This document shows positions 8,706 through 17,038 of a stretch of 64,000 nucleotides of DNA, one piece after another. The translations under genes and the position numbers were made by a program. The first letter of the stretch is position 1. The number at the start of each line of letters is the position of its first letter. Origin of the DNA: a virus (Duplodnaviria; Caudoviricetes); IMG/VR virus record IMGVR_UViG_3300013121_000019, positions 68,375 to 132,374 of that record; one strand, 5' to 3'. Under the pieces are notes generated by a model. That model saw only the letters and a program-made list of their open reading frames with translations, searched no databases and was not told the DNA's origin.

Positions 8706-9450
8706 CTTCTTTGTCCTTCTTCGGCACCGTGATCGGATAGCTGGCGTGTGCTTCGAGTACCTTATGCAACGGTGGATCCTGCCTGGGCTTCTGCAGGAAG
8801 TCCCACAGTTGGTGCGGCCTCTCTTCGGGTACCTTCAGTGAGTGCACCTTGACGGAGTCCCGCAGTGACGGCTCCACTGCAAGAGCCTGTTGAGCCGTCT
8901 CTGAAAACTGCAATTGGTTTAGCCGATCTACGGATGCAACCATGGCCTCCTGCGACTTCAACGCAGCGGGCATCGCAGCGTTACGGCTCTTGATGACGGT
9001 AACCGTCTTGCTGACCCAGTCACACGTAGTGAACCAATCGGCAGAAGTAGCCGTCACCACCACGGCCCCACCACCGAAAGCGTCGAGCAGCGGCGTGCTG
9101 CACGTGGTGGCCCACTCGACCGCGAAGATACCATCGGGCTTGAACTTGCGAAAGAAGCCCTGGACGATCGTCACCAGATTGTTGAGATCGGCCTGGTCTT
9201 CGCAGTACACCCATAGGTGCTGACGATCGTCCTCGATCAACCATTCGAAGCCAGGCCATCCAAACTCCGTGACGAAGTCGTCTTCGAGCTGCAGGCCGAG
9301 CTCGCGCATCAGGTGGACGAAGACCGTCGGGTCCTCATCCTCGTCGCGGTCAGCCAGCACCTGCGCGAGCCAATCGGCCTGACGGCTGAACTCGTCGGGG
9401 TCTTCCGCCATCGGCAGCGCGGCCGACCAGTGGTCGTACGAATCACTCAT
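8698..9450 (-). CDS. hypothetical protein (MGE-type)
   Basis: 250-aa ORF with GGAG RBS; EWATTCSTPLLDAFGGGA motif reminiscent of uncharacterised plasmid/ICE proteins. Confidence 0.7.
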   Translation of the reverse strand: MSDSYDHWSAALPMAEDPDEFSRQADWLAQVLADRDEDEDPTVFVHLMRELGLQLEDDFVTEFGWPGFEWLIEDDRQHLWVYCEDQADLNNLVTIVQGFFRKFKPDGIFAVEWATTCSTPLLDAFGGGAVVVTATSADWFTTCDWVSKTVTVIKSRNAAMPAALKSQEAMVASVDRLNQLQFSETAQQALAVEPSLRDSVKVHSLKVPEERPHQLWDFLQKPRQDPPLHKVLEAHASYPITVPKKDKEGG

Positions 9451-9661
9451 CTTCGTTCTCCTCCAGCCCGTCGCGCAGCTCGATCACCGGAAGATCCGGC
9501 TTGCTGTTGAACAGAACGGCGCAGCTATCGCCAATGAGCGAAGTCAGATGTGCCAGGTCGTCGACCTCGACCGTCCACCCCTGTAGCTCCTTGTCGAACA
9601 CGGCCGCAGGGTGTGGCTGCTCCATGAAGTTGAAGAATCGGTGGTAGATCTGGAACTTCAC
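9443..9661 (-). CDS. hypothetical protein
   Basis: 72-aa ORF with GTGA overlap. Confidence 0.65.
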   Translation of the reverse strand: MKFQIYHRFFNFMEQPHPAAVFDKELQGWTVEVDDLAHLTSLIGDSCAVLFNSKPDLPVIELRDGLEENEDE

Positions 9662-10134
9662 AGGGACTTCCTTAGAGTGGCCAGCTCATCGGCCATCTTG
9701 CGAAGTTGCTGCTCCAGCGCGTCGAGCCTGGCGATCTGCTCCTTGGTCGTCAGCCGGTCGGCGGCAGGCTTCTTCAGCGAAAGCTCCAGCTGTGCCGTCG
9801 GGAGCTTGATACGTCGGATCTCCGGGCACCGGTCGATCGCCTCGGCGCGGGCCGCGTCCCTTGCCTTCTTCTGGCCGCTCGGCAGCATCTCCCTGTAGAC
9901 CTGCACGATATTTTCTGCGGATTGCTTGCTGACGAGCTTGTTGCGCTTCAGCAGCACGTAGTCCGCCTTGACGCTACGTCCCTTCTTGTCGCCCTCTTCG
10001 TAGAAGAGGTTGTGCAGGATCACGTCGCCGTTGAGTCTAGTCGACTTCACCACACCAATGATGAGGTCACCATTCTTGTTGCCATCGACCTTGACGGCCC
10101 AGTACTGTCCTTTGCGAATCGGGGATACCGGCAT
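9658..10134 (-). CDS. hypothetical protein with C-terminal coiled coil
   Basis: 158-aa basic ORF in operon. Confidence 0.7.
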   Translation of the reverse strand: MPVSPIRKGQYWAVKVDGNKNGDLIIGVVKSTRLNGDVILHNLFYEEGDKKGRSVKADYVLLKRNKLVSKQSAENIVQVYREMLPSGQKKARDAARAEAIDRCPEIRRIKLPTAQLELSLKKPAADRLTTKEQIARLDALEQQLRKMADELATLRKSL

Positions 10135-10137
10135 AGC

Positions 10138-10551
10138 TCACACCCTCTTCTTCGGAACCGTGAAGTCCCACTTGTCACCGTTGGGAGCGCGCACCACCAT
10201 GATGCCGTTCTCCTCGCCGTCGTCGACGATCGCGAAGTCGTACTTCAGAAGCGCGATCCGCACGATTGCGCCAACATCGTGCGGTGTGCTCATGACCTTG
10301 TCGATCGTGGCGTTGACGGCACGAACCTGCTGGGTGTACCAGAGCATGCACAGACCGTGCGCTTTCTCGAAGTCCGGCCACTCCACTCCAGAGGCGAACG
10401 ACTTGACGTCTTCGGACGCCGCGTGCTGAAGAAGCGACAGCGCGTTGACGAGGTTGGCCATGATGTCGTCGCGTTCCGCGTACTCGTCGGATGCCGCACT
10501 CAGTAGCGCCACGATCTTGGGAATGAGAGTTCCTCGGTCATCTTCGCTCAT
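10138..10551 (-). CDS. hypothetical protein
   Basis: Start MSEDDRG at 10551 after AGGAG. Confidence 0.65.
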   Translation of the reverse strand: MSEDDRGTLIPKIVALLSAASDEYAERDDIMANLVNALSLLQHAASEDVKSFASGVEWPDFEKAHGLCMLWYTQQVRAVNATIDKVMSTPHDVGAIVRIALLKYDFAIVDDGEENGIMVVRAPNGDKWDFTVPKKRV

Positions 10552-10933
10552 CGATGTACTCCTGCGCCAGTTTGAGAATCTCTTTGATGTCGTGCTCGTA
10601 GACCGATCCAGTTGGTGCGTGGGGCTTCCACGAAACAACCTCGCGATACCGGCCTGGTCGCTGCTCGAGGATCTGGACTGGATCGAATCCGAACTGCTCG
10701 CCCGTAACATCGAGCACCCAACCATCGAGCTCAACCCAGCAGTGCCAGTCGCGGCTATCTAGCATGCCGGCCAGCAACTCTGACTTGTGCCCATGCCGCT
10801 CCAGCAAGGTGTGCAGCGCCTCGGATGCGACCCCACAGGCTCCGCAAAGGTTGGGCTGCACGTAGGGAAAGAACAGGTTCTGATCATTGAGCGCCCGCAC
10901 CGAACGGTACAGGCACTCAACGATCAGACGCAC
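10538..10933 (-). CDS. transglutaminase/papain-fold Cys-His-Asp protein
   Basis: GACGVASEAL, WHCWVE and VLDVTGEQF give a C-H-D triad; likely GTG start at 10933. Confidence 0.6.
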   Translation of the reverse strand: MRLIVECLYRSVRALNDQNLFFPYVQPNLCGACGVASEALHTLLERHGHKSELLAGMLDSRDWHCWVELDGWVLDVTGEQFGFDPVQILEQRPGRYREVVSWKPHAPTGSVYEHDIKEILKLAQEYIDERR

Positions 10934-10937
10934 ATCC

Positions 10938-11648
10938 TCAGGTAGAGGGCTCACCCTGGATGACCTCGACTTCAGCCTCGCAGGTGATGGTCGACGTGCC
11001 GGTACGATCGAACAGCACAGTCGGCAAGTCGCGCGGATCGACGTGTATGATGGTCCCCGTGTCGCCGGACTTGGCGTGGATGTAGCGCTTGTCCGGAAAC
11101 ACGGCAGCCTCGTCGGGCCTGTAGTCGAACCCGCCCTCGGTGATGGTGCACTTTGCGCGCACACGGGCACCGACCACCAGACCCGCTGCCAGCAGCGACT
11201 CGCTGACGTGGGGGTACCGCTTGACCATCTCCTTGTAGCAGGGCGAGCCCGCCGCACGCAGCGCACGAAGCATCGTCTTGAGGTCCGACAGGATGACGGC
11301 CTCGATGTCCTCGCCGGTGGCGATCATCCCGTCGTAGGCCAGAGCCCAACATCCGTCGGACCCACCGCCGTAGAACACCAGGTAGCTGCCGGGCTCCACC
11401 GACTCGGCGATCGCGGACATAACGTTGTCGATGTCGGCGGAGTAGTTGCTGGCACTGAGGCTGATGTCGATGACGTTGCCGTTTTTGTCCACCGTGCACT
11501 CGAGTCCGAAGTTCGACAGCGCCTGACCGAACTCGTCATCCTCGTGTACGAAGCTGCTGATCTCGGCGATCGCCTTGACGGCCTTCGGAATGTTCTCCTT
11601 CTTGAGTAGGAACATTCCGTGATTGGTGTTGTAGGTCCAGTCGCTCAT
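10938..11648 (-). CDS. hypothetical protein (two-domain)
   Basis: AAGGAG RBS; 236 aa. Confidence 0.7.
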   Translation of the reverse strand: MSDWTYNTNHGMFLLKKENIPKAVKAIAEISSFVHEDDEFGQALSNFGLECTVDKNGNVIDISLSASNYSADIDNVMSAIAESVEPGSYLVFYGGGSDGCWALAYDGMIATGEDIEAVILSDLKTMLRALRAAGSPCYKEMVKRYPHVSESLLAAGLVVGARVRAKCTITEGGFDYRPDEAAVFPDKRYIHAKSGDTGTIIHVDPRDLPTVLFDRTGTSTITCEAEVEVIQGEPST

Positions 11649-11650
11649 CA

Positions 11651-12427
11651 CTACTCCTTATCGAGGCCCGCCATGTAGTCGAACCATCGGTTGTACAGCT
11701 TCTGTAGCTGCTTGCTAGCCCGGGCGATGGGATCCTTGAGTGCCTCCTCATCGGCAGCTGACTGAAACTCGATGGTGAACCCGGATGCGTCCATCCACAG
11801 GGTCAGCACGCGCTGATCGAGCGTCATCAGCTGCTGGTACGTCGTTTGAAAGCAGTCCTGGCTGTACGCGCCATGATTACACACATGAAGGTCCAGGAAT
11901 TTGTCCTTCTGAATAAGCTTGACGTACAGCTCACTGAAAAGACAATCGAACACTTCGCTGAATACGTCGCGCACGAACCCGTTGAGATCCACGACGTACC
12001 AACGCCAGTACGGGCTACCGAGCCAATCCGGTAGCTTGACGATCGTCAGACCGGCATCGGCTACCTCTTTGAGCACCGACTCGTTGTCGATCTCGCGCTC
12101 GGTGCGGGAGTCGTCAACCATCTCGACGTCACAGGCGCACCCATCATCATACAGCAGATGGATCTGCTGGAATGCGGCCACATCGCGAACTACGTCATCG
12201 CATGTATCGCCATGTACGGCGAAGACCTCCCAGTCACGAATGAACTTGCCGTCGGCGAGAGCAGACGGAAGAGCCTCGGGATTGACCCGCGCCTTGGGCC
12301 TGCGGATCTCGAACGGTGGCAACTGTTCACGTAGACGCGCAGAGAGAGGTGTGTGGCCGACTTCGTCTACGGTCAGTGCATGCAGCAAGATGCCGATTTC
12401 GTCTGCACCCAGGTCAACCAGCATCAT
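11651..12427 (-). CDS. hypothetical protein
   Basis: 258-aa ORF in operon. Confidence 0.7.
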   Translation of the reverse strand: MMLVDLGADEIGILLHALTVDEVGHTPLSARLREQLPPFEIRRPKARVNPEALPSALADGKFIRDWEVFAVHGDTCDDVVRDVAAFQQIHLLYDDGCACDVEMVDDSRTEREIDNESVLKEVADAGLTIVKLPDWLGSPYWRWYVVDLNGFVRDVFSEVFDCLFSELYVKLIQKDKFLDLHVCNHGAYSQDCFQTTYQQLMTLDQRVLTLWMDASGFTIEFQSAADEEALKDPIARASKQLQKLYNRWFDYMAGLDKE

Positions 12428-13052
12428 TCCCCTCTTCCGCGGGCTGGCGCTCGAGCCAGTCTTCGCAGATGCGGGCCAGCAGGTAGCCGGTGGTCTTGGG
12501 GTCGTCGCTGCGCCGACCGGCCAGCCGGTCGATGGCTGACTTGATCACGAGGTAGTCGGACTTGGTGCAGCGGGAAGAGAAGCTGCGGTAGCCCTCATGC
12601 GGAAGACCATGCACAGCGCGGTCGACCGCATCGGTCAGGTCGCAGCACGACAGCGTACGGCCACGATTCAACCATGCCGTGACGGTGCGCTGATTGGAGC
12701 CGGGCCCGAGAACACGGATCAGCTGGATCATCTTGGTGATCGGTAGCAGCTGATCCATAGTCCACATGCCGTTCAGTTGAACCCCGAACAGGCGGTAGAC
12801 CTTGATGTAGCTGCGTGACGTCGTGATGTGCAGCCCGAGCTCGTGCTCCGCCCACTGGGCCGCGCTGGTGTAGCCCCAGGACTCGACCACCAAGGTATCG
12901 ACGTCTTCGCCGTCGACCTGCAGGACGACGAAGTCCGTATCGGCGTGGTACAGGCAGCGCGCCAGCTCGAACTGATGGGCAGCGGTCTTACGGGACAACG
13001 ACACGGCTTCAGCGCGGAGCTTCGCGGATGCAGCGGTAGTGATGGTGGGCAT
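12414..13052 (-). CDS. hypothetical protein, possible HTH
   Basis: GGAGG RBS; first gene after promoter motif; WAEHELGLHITTSRSYIKVY is HTH-like. Confidence 0.7.
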   Translation of the reverse strand: MPTITTAASAKLRAEAVSLSRKTAAHQFELARCLYHADTDFVVLQVDGEDVDTLVVESWGYTSAAQWAEHELGLHITTSRSYIKVYRLFGVQLNGMWTMDQLLPITKMIQLIRVLGPGSNQRTVTAWLNRGRTLSCCDLTDAVDRAVHGLPHEGYRSFSSRCTKSDYLVIKSAIDRLAGRRSDDPKTTGYLLARICEDWLERQPAEEGNDAG

Positions 13053-13100
13053 TGTGCCTCCAAAGATGTGGATGTCGGCAGGACGCAGAAGAGGCGTCCC

Positions 13101-13118
13101 TTACGCTGTTGTTATGCC
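13101..13118 (-). promoter_or_regulatory. phage promoter motif variant GGCATAAC-N6-GTAA
   Basis: Heads the leftward operon; followed by a GGACGC..GCGTCC 5' hairpin. Confidence 0.6.
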
Positions 13119-13150
13119 GCGTTTTTGCTACCATCTGCGCAGGAGGATTC

Positions 13151-13432
13151 ATGAACAAGTTGGTACTGCTGCTAGCTCTCACGACGTGCGGACCGACACC
13201 GCCGCCGAATGTGCCGCCGGATCCCGCAGACCCTGCTGCACGCCAGGCCAACTGCGCGGCCGCGCAGAAACGGCTCAACGAGCTTGGGTGCCGTGAGCGG
13301 GCAACACCCGCTGGCAAGCCCTACGAGCGCTTCTGCATCGAGCAGATCAACAAGGGCAACACGATGAACGCTGCCTGCGTGGCAACGATCAAAGACTGCG
13401 ACGAGATCAACACCTGTACGGGGTCGCGATGA
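13151..13432 (+). CDS. small Cys-rich lipoprotein-like protein
   Basis: AGGAGG RBS; MNKLVLLLALTTC signal/lipobox-like, Pro linker, six further Cys. Confidence 0.7.
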   Translation: MNKLVLLLALTTCGPTPPPNVPPDPADPAARQANCAAAQKRLNELGCRERATPAGKPYERFCIEQINKGNTMNAACVATIKDCDEINTCTGSR

Positions 13433-14238
13433 TGCACGAAGTCAATATGGGGTACAGGCTCGATGGACTTCTGGTATCCCCGGAGCATCCGTCGGACACC
13501 ACCTTCCAGAAGTACGCAGCCGCGTTCAGCGTCGTGTCGGCGTACGAGCCTGGCATGACGAACGAGGTGCGGCTGCTGGAGTACACCCCGATCTCCGTCC
13601 AGGGCAACCTACCGTTCTGTGTAGCCAACGCTGGCTGCGACGCGATCGAGACGGTGCTGGGCCACAACGACTACCAGGTCGTGCAGCTAAGCCGGAACTT
13701 CAGCCACTACAACGCGCGCCTCGAAGACGGCACTGCTGACCAACTTGTCGGTACCTACATTCGAAGCTTCTTCAAGGGCGTGGAGAAGTTCGGCGTGTGC
13801 CCGGAAGACACGTGGCCCTACGAGGAACGCACAGCTCTACTGCACCCGTCGGTGGAGGCGTACCAGCAGGCGGACTGCAACCTCGACGTCAGGGCATACC
13901 GGATCGAGGACGGCATCAGCAGCGACAGCATCGAGCACAAGACGCTGGTGGCACTTCACTCAGGTCTACCGATGATCATCGGGATCGACGTCGGACAGGC
14001 GTTCCTCGAGTACGGATCGAGTCAAGAGTTCACGTTCGATCCGCCGGAGGTCTCGAGAGGGCGACATGCGGTGGTGGTGACCGGCTACGACCCGAAGCGA
14101 CAGCGAGCCCTCTTGCGCAACTCCTGGGGCCGTCTATGGGGGTTCGGAGGCTACTGCTGGATCTCCTTGGCGTACCTGACGGCGGCGAAGGATCGATGGG
14201 TCGTCACTTCTTCTGGACGGGTGGTCGGCCGTGAGTGA
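13429..14238 (+). CDS. papain-family (C1) cysteine protease
   Basis: QGNLPFCVANA (Q/C), HAVVVTGYD (H), RNSWG..WG..GY (N). Confidence 0.9.
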   Translation: MMHEVNMGYRLDGLLVSPEHPSDTTFQKYAAAFSVVSAYEPGMTNEVRLLEYTPISVQGNLPFCVANAGCDAIETVLGHNDYQVVQLSRNFSHYNARLEDGTADQLVGTYIRSFFKGVEKFGVCPEDTWPYEERTALLHPSVEAYQQADCNLDVRAYRIEDGISSDSIEHKTLVALHSGLPMIIGIDVGQAFLEYGSSQEFTFDPPEVSRGRHAVVVTGYDPKRQRALLRNSWGRLWGFGGYCWISLAYLTAAKDRWVVTSSGRVVGRE

Positions 14239-14839
14239 CCGCGACATCGACATGCTGCTGGAGATCGCGCACCAGCAGGTGGGTCATTCCGCGGACCCGG
14301 CGGACCCGTCCTCGAGGGACCACTTCCTCAACCTGATCGGGTACGGAGAGCCGAAGTACAAGCAGGACGCCATGGCGAGCTCCATGTCGACCTGTGGTCT
14401 TGTGGCTGCCGGCATCCTGTGGATGTGGGGCATCCGAAGTCGCAGGATCTCACCCCCGTACCGGTCGACCACGGCGATCAGCCGGATGTACGCCCTGGGC
14501 GCCGACAGCAACGCTCTTCGATGGCCGAAGGTTCTGAACGGGGAGATCGTCGAGTGGCCCGAGGGCGGAGACATCCTGCTGATCGGGGACAACGGTCTCG
14601 GGGGCAGTGAGCACATGTACATGTCGATGGAGGTGAAGCCAGAACAGGGCGAGATCATCTCTGTCGACGGTGGGCAGAAGAACGTACGGGGTCACCAGGC
14701 GGTCCACCGACGGCATCGTCGGTGGAGCGTCCGGGATGGCCGGGTGATCGACCAGGTGTTCCGTAACGACACCACCGGAAGCACCACCCTTGGTTCGCCA
14801 CGCGTCGTGCAGTGGTGGATCAAACCCCTTCTTCTGTAG
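14231..14839 (+). CDS. putative CHAP/NlpC-P60-like Cys-His hydrolase
   Basis: STCGLVAAG, GGDILLIG, SEHMYM and SVDGG follow the CHAP-like layout. Confidence 0.45.
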   Translation: MSDRDIDMLLEIAHQQVGHSADPADPSSRDHFLNLIGYGEPKYKQDAMASSMSTCGLVAAGILWMWGIRSRRISPPYRSTTAISRMYALGADSNALRWPKVLNGEIVEWPEGGDILLIGDNGLGGSEHMYMSMEVKPEQGEIISVDGGQKNVRGHQAVHRRHRRWSVRDGRVIDQVFRNDTTGSTTLGSPRVVQWWIKPLLL

Positions 14840-14878
14840 GGATTGGTGTTGGTTTTGTAGTTTCAGAGAAGTTCATAC

Positions 14879-14962
14879 GTAGTCGTCGAGGAGGTAGAGA
14901 AAAAAAGTATGAGAGAGCGAGAGAGCCTGCCGTAGTTTTTTCCGACCCTCCTCGACGACTAC
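14879..14962. repeat. perfect 16-bp inverted repeat around an A-tract/T-tract spacer
   Basis: GTAGTCGTCGAGGAGG (14879-14894) / CCTCCTCGACGACTAC (14947-14962). Confidence 0.85.
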
Positions 14963-14968
14963 AAACCC

Positions 14969-15526
14969 ATGCTGATCGATCTACGACTCGACCCCGATCT
15001 ACGCGATGAGATCAAGCGAATCCGATATGCGGTACGCCGATCTTGTCGAATGAGACAGCTACCCCCTCCGTCGACATCGACCATCGTCAAGGCGATCATC
15101 AAGTCCTACCTTCGCTCGATCGGAGACCTCCACAGTGCACCGAAGAACCCCAGACCCGTCCGACACGACCGTTGGGTCCGTGCTGTCGTCGCTCTTTCAG
15201 GAGTGGCAGGAGGCAAAGAGTACCTCCAGCAGCTTGGGCTCGGTGACCTTCCCGAGCTTCATCGAGTTGCTGAATACCGAGAGCATCACGCCGAGCGAGA
15301 CCAGGTCAGGCAACTTCGCCGAGCTCTTGGGCGAGGATCCTGCTGTCCTGTGGATGGACTTCTCCGAACATCCGGAATGCTACGACCAGGTCGCCGAGGC
15401 GCTGTTGCGAAGGCTCATGGAAGGAGCAACGTCCGTTGCACAGCTGACCGAGGAGGAACGCCGTGTACTCGACCGTGCCACGATCGAGCTGGCGATCCGT
15501 CGCAACAACCCACCGCCGACCCCTAG
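14969..15526 (+). CDS. possible small DNA-binding protein (only N-terminal ~65 aa look real)
   Basis: STSTIVKAIIKSYL is RHH-like; remainder overlaps 15135..15635. Confidence 0.35.
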   Translation: MLIDLRLDPDLRDEIKRIRYAVRRSCRMRQLPPPSTSTIVKAIIKSYLRSIGDLHSAPKNPRPVRHDRWVRAVVALSGVAGGKEYLQQLGLGDLPELHRVAEYREHHAERDQVRQLRRALGRGSCCPVDGLLRTSGMLRPGRRGAVAKAHGRSNVRCTADRGGTPCTRPCHDRAGDPSQQPTADP

Positions 15527-15635
15527 GGTGGTGCGACGACCGGTCCCTATGGGAACTGCCCCCAAGGTGTCGTCGGTACCGAAACCGACAAGACCGCCGG
15601 CTTCCGTGCCGGCTGATCGTTGGTGGGAGCAGTAG
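15135..15635 (+). CDS. hypothetical protein with Pro-rich tail
   Basis: GTG start after GGAG; helical core. Confidence 0.6.
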   Translation: MHRRTPDPSDTTVGSVLSSLFQEWQEAKSTSSSLGSVTFPSFIELLNTESITPSETRSGNFAELLGEDPAVLWMDFSEHPECYDQVAEALLRRLMEGATSVAQLTEEERRVLDRATIELAIRRNNPPPTPRVVRRPVPMGTAPKVSSVPKPTRPPASVPADRWWEQ

Positions 15636-15637
15636 GC

Positions 15638-16504
15638 TCAGCATTCAGGCAGCGGTCTCGGCACCCCGCGCTTTCGCATGTACTCACTGCATGCGCCGCA
15701 TTGGCCTCTCCTCAGGACCTTGCGGGGTCTTCCACAGTGTGCGCAAGGAATTGGCGGCTTAGGTGCCCATCCAGCAGCCTTGCGCGCCTCCCATCTGACT
15801 GACGCAGCTTTGGCTTGCTTGGATTTTGTCGCCGCGGTGCGCGTGTACGACTGTTGACCTCTTTTGGCGGCAGATATCTTAGCACGCACCTCTGGGCCGA
15901 ATATTCGGCCTTTGTTCACACTTGGCCGCCCCTTTCGGCTCTTGCTCATCGCTGCTCGGTGTGCTGCGGATTTGGCTTTGCCGGTCAGTGCTTTCGATAT
16001 CTTGGCCTTTGTCTCAGCTGTTGCTTTACGACCAGTGTTTGCGACAGAGATTTTTTGTGAGGTCTCTTTGCTGATACGCCGACCAAGCGCCGCGGCAGAC
16101 TGCCTAGTCTTTGTCTCTTCGGAGTGTCTGAACCCCTTCTTGCCGGGTCGTCCCTTACGCGCAACTGACACACGTTTTCGTTGATCAGCTGTCCAACGAA
16201 AACCTGCGTTACTAGCCGATACAACTCTGAGGTTGTAAACACCCTCGTTAGCACGCGCAGCTACGACATACCCATTTTCACACTCAGCGAGCTCCTGGTT
16301 GCTTGCCTCCAAAGAGGCCAGAACCTCAAACACAAAGAAGTCAGACCCGTACTTGTCCCATGCGCGTTGTAGATGGCTGTTGTCGTGGTTGCCCGCACGT
16401 AAGTGCCGCCAGTGCGTCTTGCGCCGCGCGTCGACGTTTCGCGTGCTTCCGATGTACACGCGACCAGATTCAACGTTCCTTATCCTGTAGACGTGACCGA
16501 GCAT
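15638..16504 (-). CDS. GIY-YIG homing endonuclease with NUMOD3-like repeats
   Basis: VYRIRN..VYIGST..R..H motif, E..YN; repeated HSEETK/ETKAKIS modules. Confidence 0.9.
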   Translation of the reverse strand: MLGHVYRIRNVESGRVYIGSTRNVDARRKTHWRHLRAGNHDNSHLQRAWDKYGSDFFVFEVLASLEASNQELAECENGYVVAARANEGVYNLRVVSASNAGFRWTADQRKRVSVARKGRPGKKGFRHSEETKTRQSAAALGRRISKETSQKISVANTGRKATAETKAKISKALTGKAKSAAHRAAMSKSRKGRPSVNKGRIFGPEVRAKISAAKRGQQSYTRTAATKSKQAKAASVRWEARKAAGWAPKPPIPCAHCGRPRKVLRRGQCGACSEYMRKRGVPRPLPEC

Positions 16505-17024
16505 GCTTTCGCCTTCGAGCCTCCGCGCTCGTTTTAGCGCGATGGCATGGAAGGCACAGCGTTTGAAAGTTCGAAAGCGGCGCTAGCCCGCCGCCCTCGC
16601 AGACCGGCTGGATGTGGTCGGCCTCCCAGAGCGAGAGCCTGGCCATGTCGCTCTGTCGGAACCCGTGGTCCTCGAGGAGCTCCAATCGTGCCTGAAGGTC
16701 ACCACCGCGGAGCCGACTGGCGACCTTCTGGAGCTCCAGGCAGTCGAGCCCGCAGAGCCGGCAGACCCCTTGGTCACGGACCCGTACGTGGCGCCTGGCG
16801 TACTCCGGTCGGGACCGCAAGAGGAACTCGTGGACGCAGCCGGTCCCGGGCACCACGATGGCCCCCCGGCGGAACACGGCCGCCTTGCCCGAGCAGAACG
16901 TCTGGCGGCCCCTGGGGACCTCCTTGGAGCACCAACGGCAGAGGCGGCGCCCATTGGCCCCACGGTCGACCTTCTGTGGTCCCTGGGCCCGCGCCGCCTC
17001 GCCGATGGTCCTGAACCGGCTCAC
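16470..17024 (-). CDS. HNH endonuclease
   Basis: RDQGVCRLCG..WEADHIQPVCEGGG..NFQTLCLPCH. Confidence 0.85.
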   Translation of the reverse strand: MSRFRTIGEAARAQGPQKVDRGANGRRLCRWCSKEVPRGRQTFCSGKAAVFRRGAIVVPGTGCVHEFLLRSRPEYARRHVRVRDQGVCRLCGLDCLELQKVASRLRGGDLQARLELLEDHGFRQSDMARLSLWEADHIQPVCEGGGLAPLSNFQTLCLPCHRAKTSAEARRRKHARSRLQDKER

Positions 17025-17038
17025 CCGGTTGTTCTACC

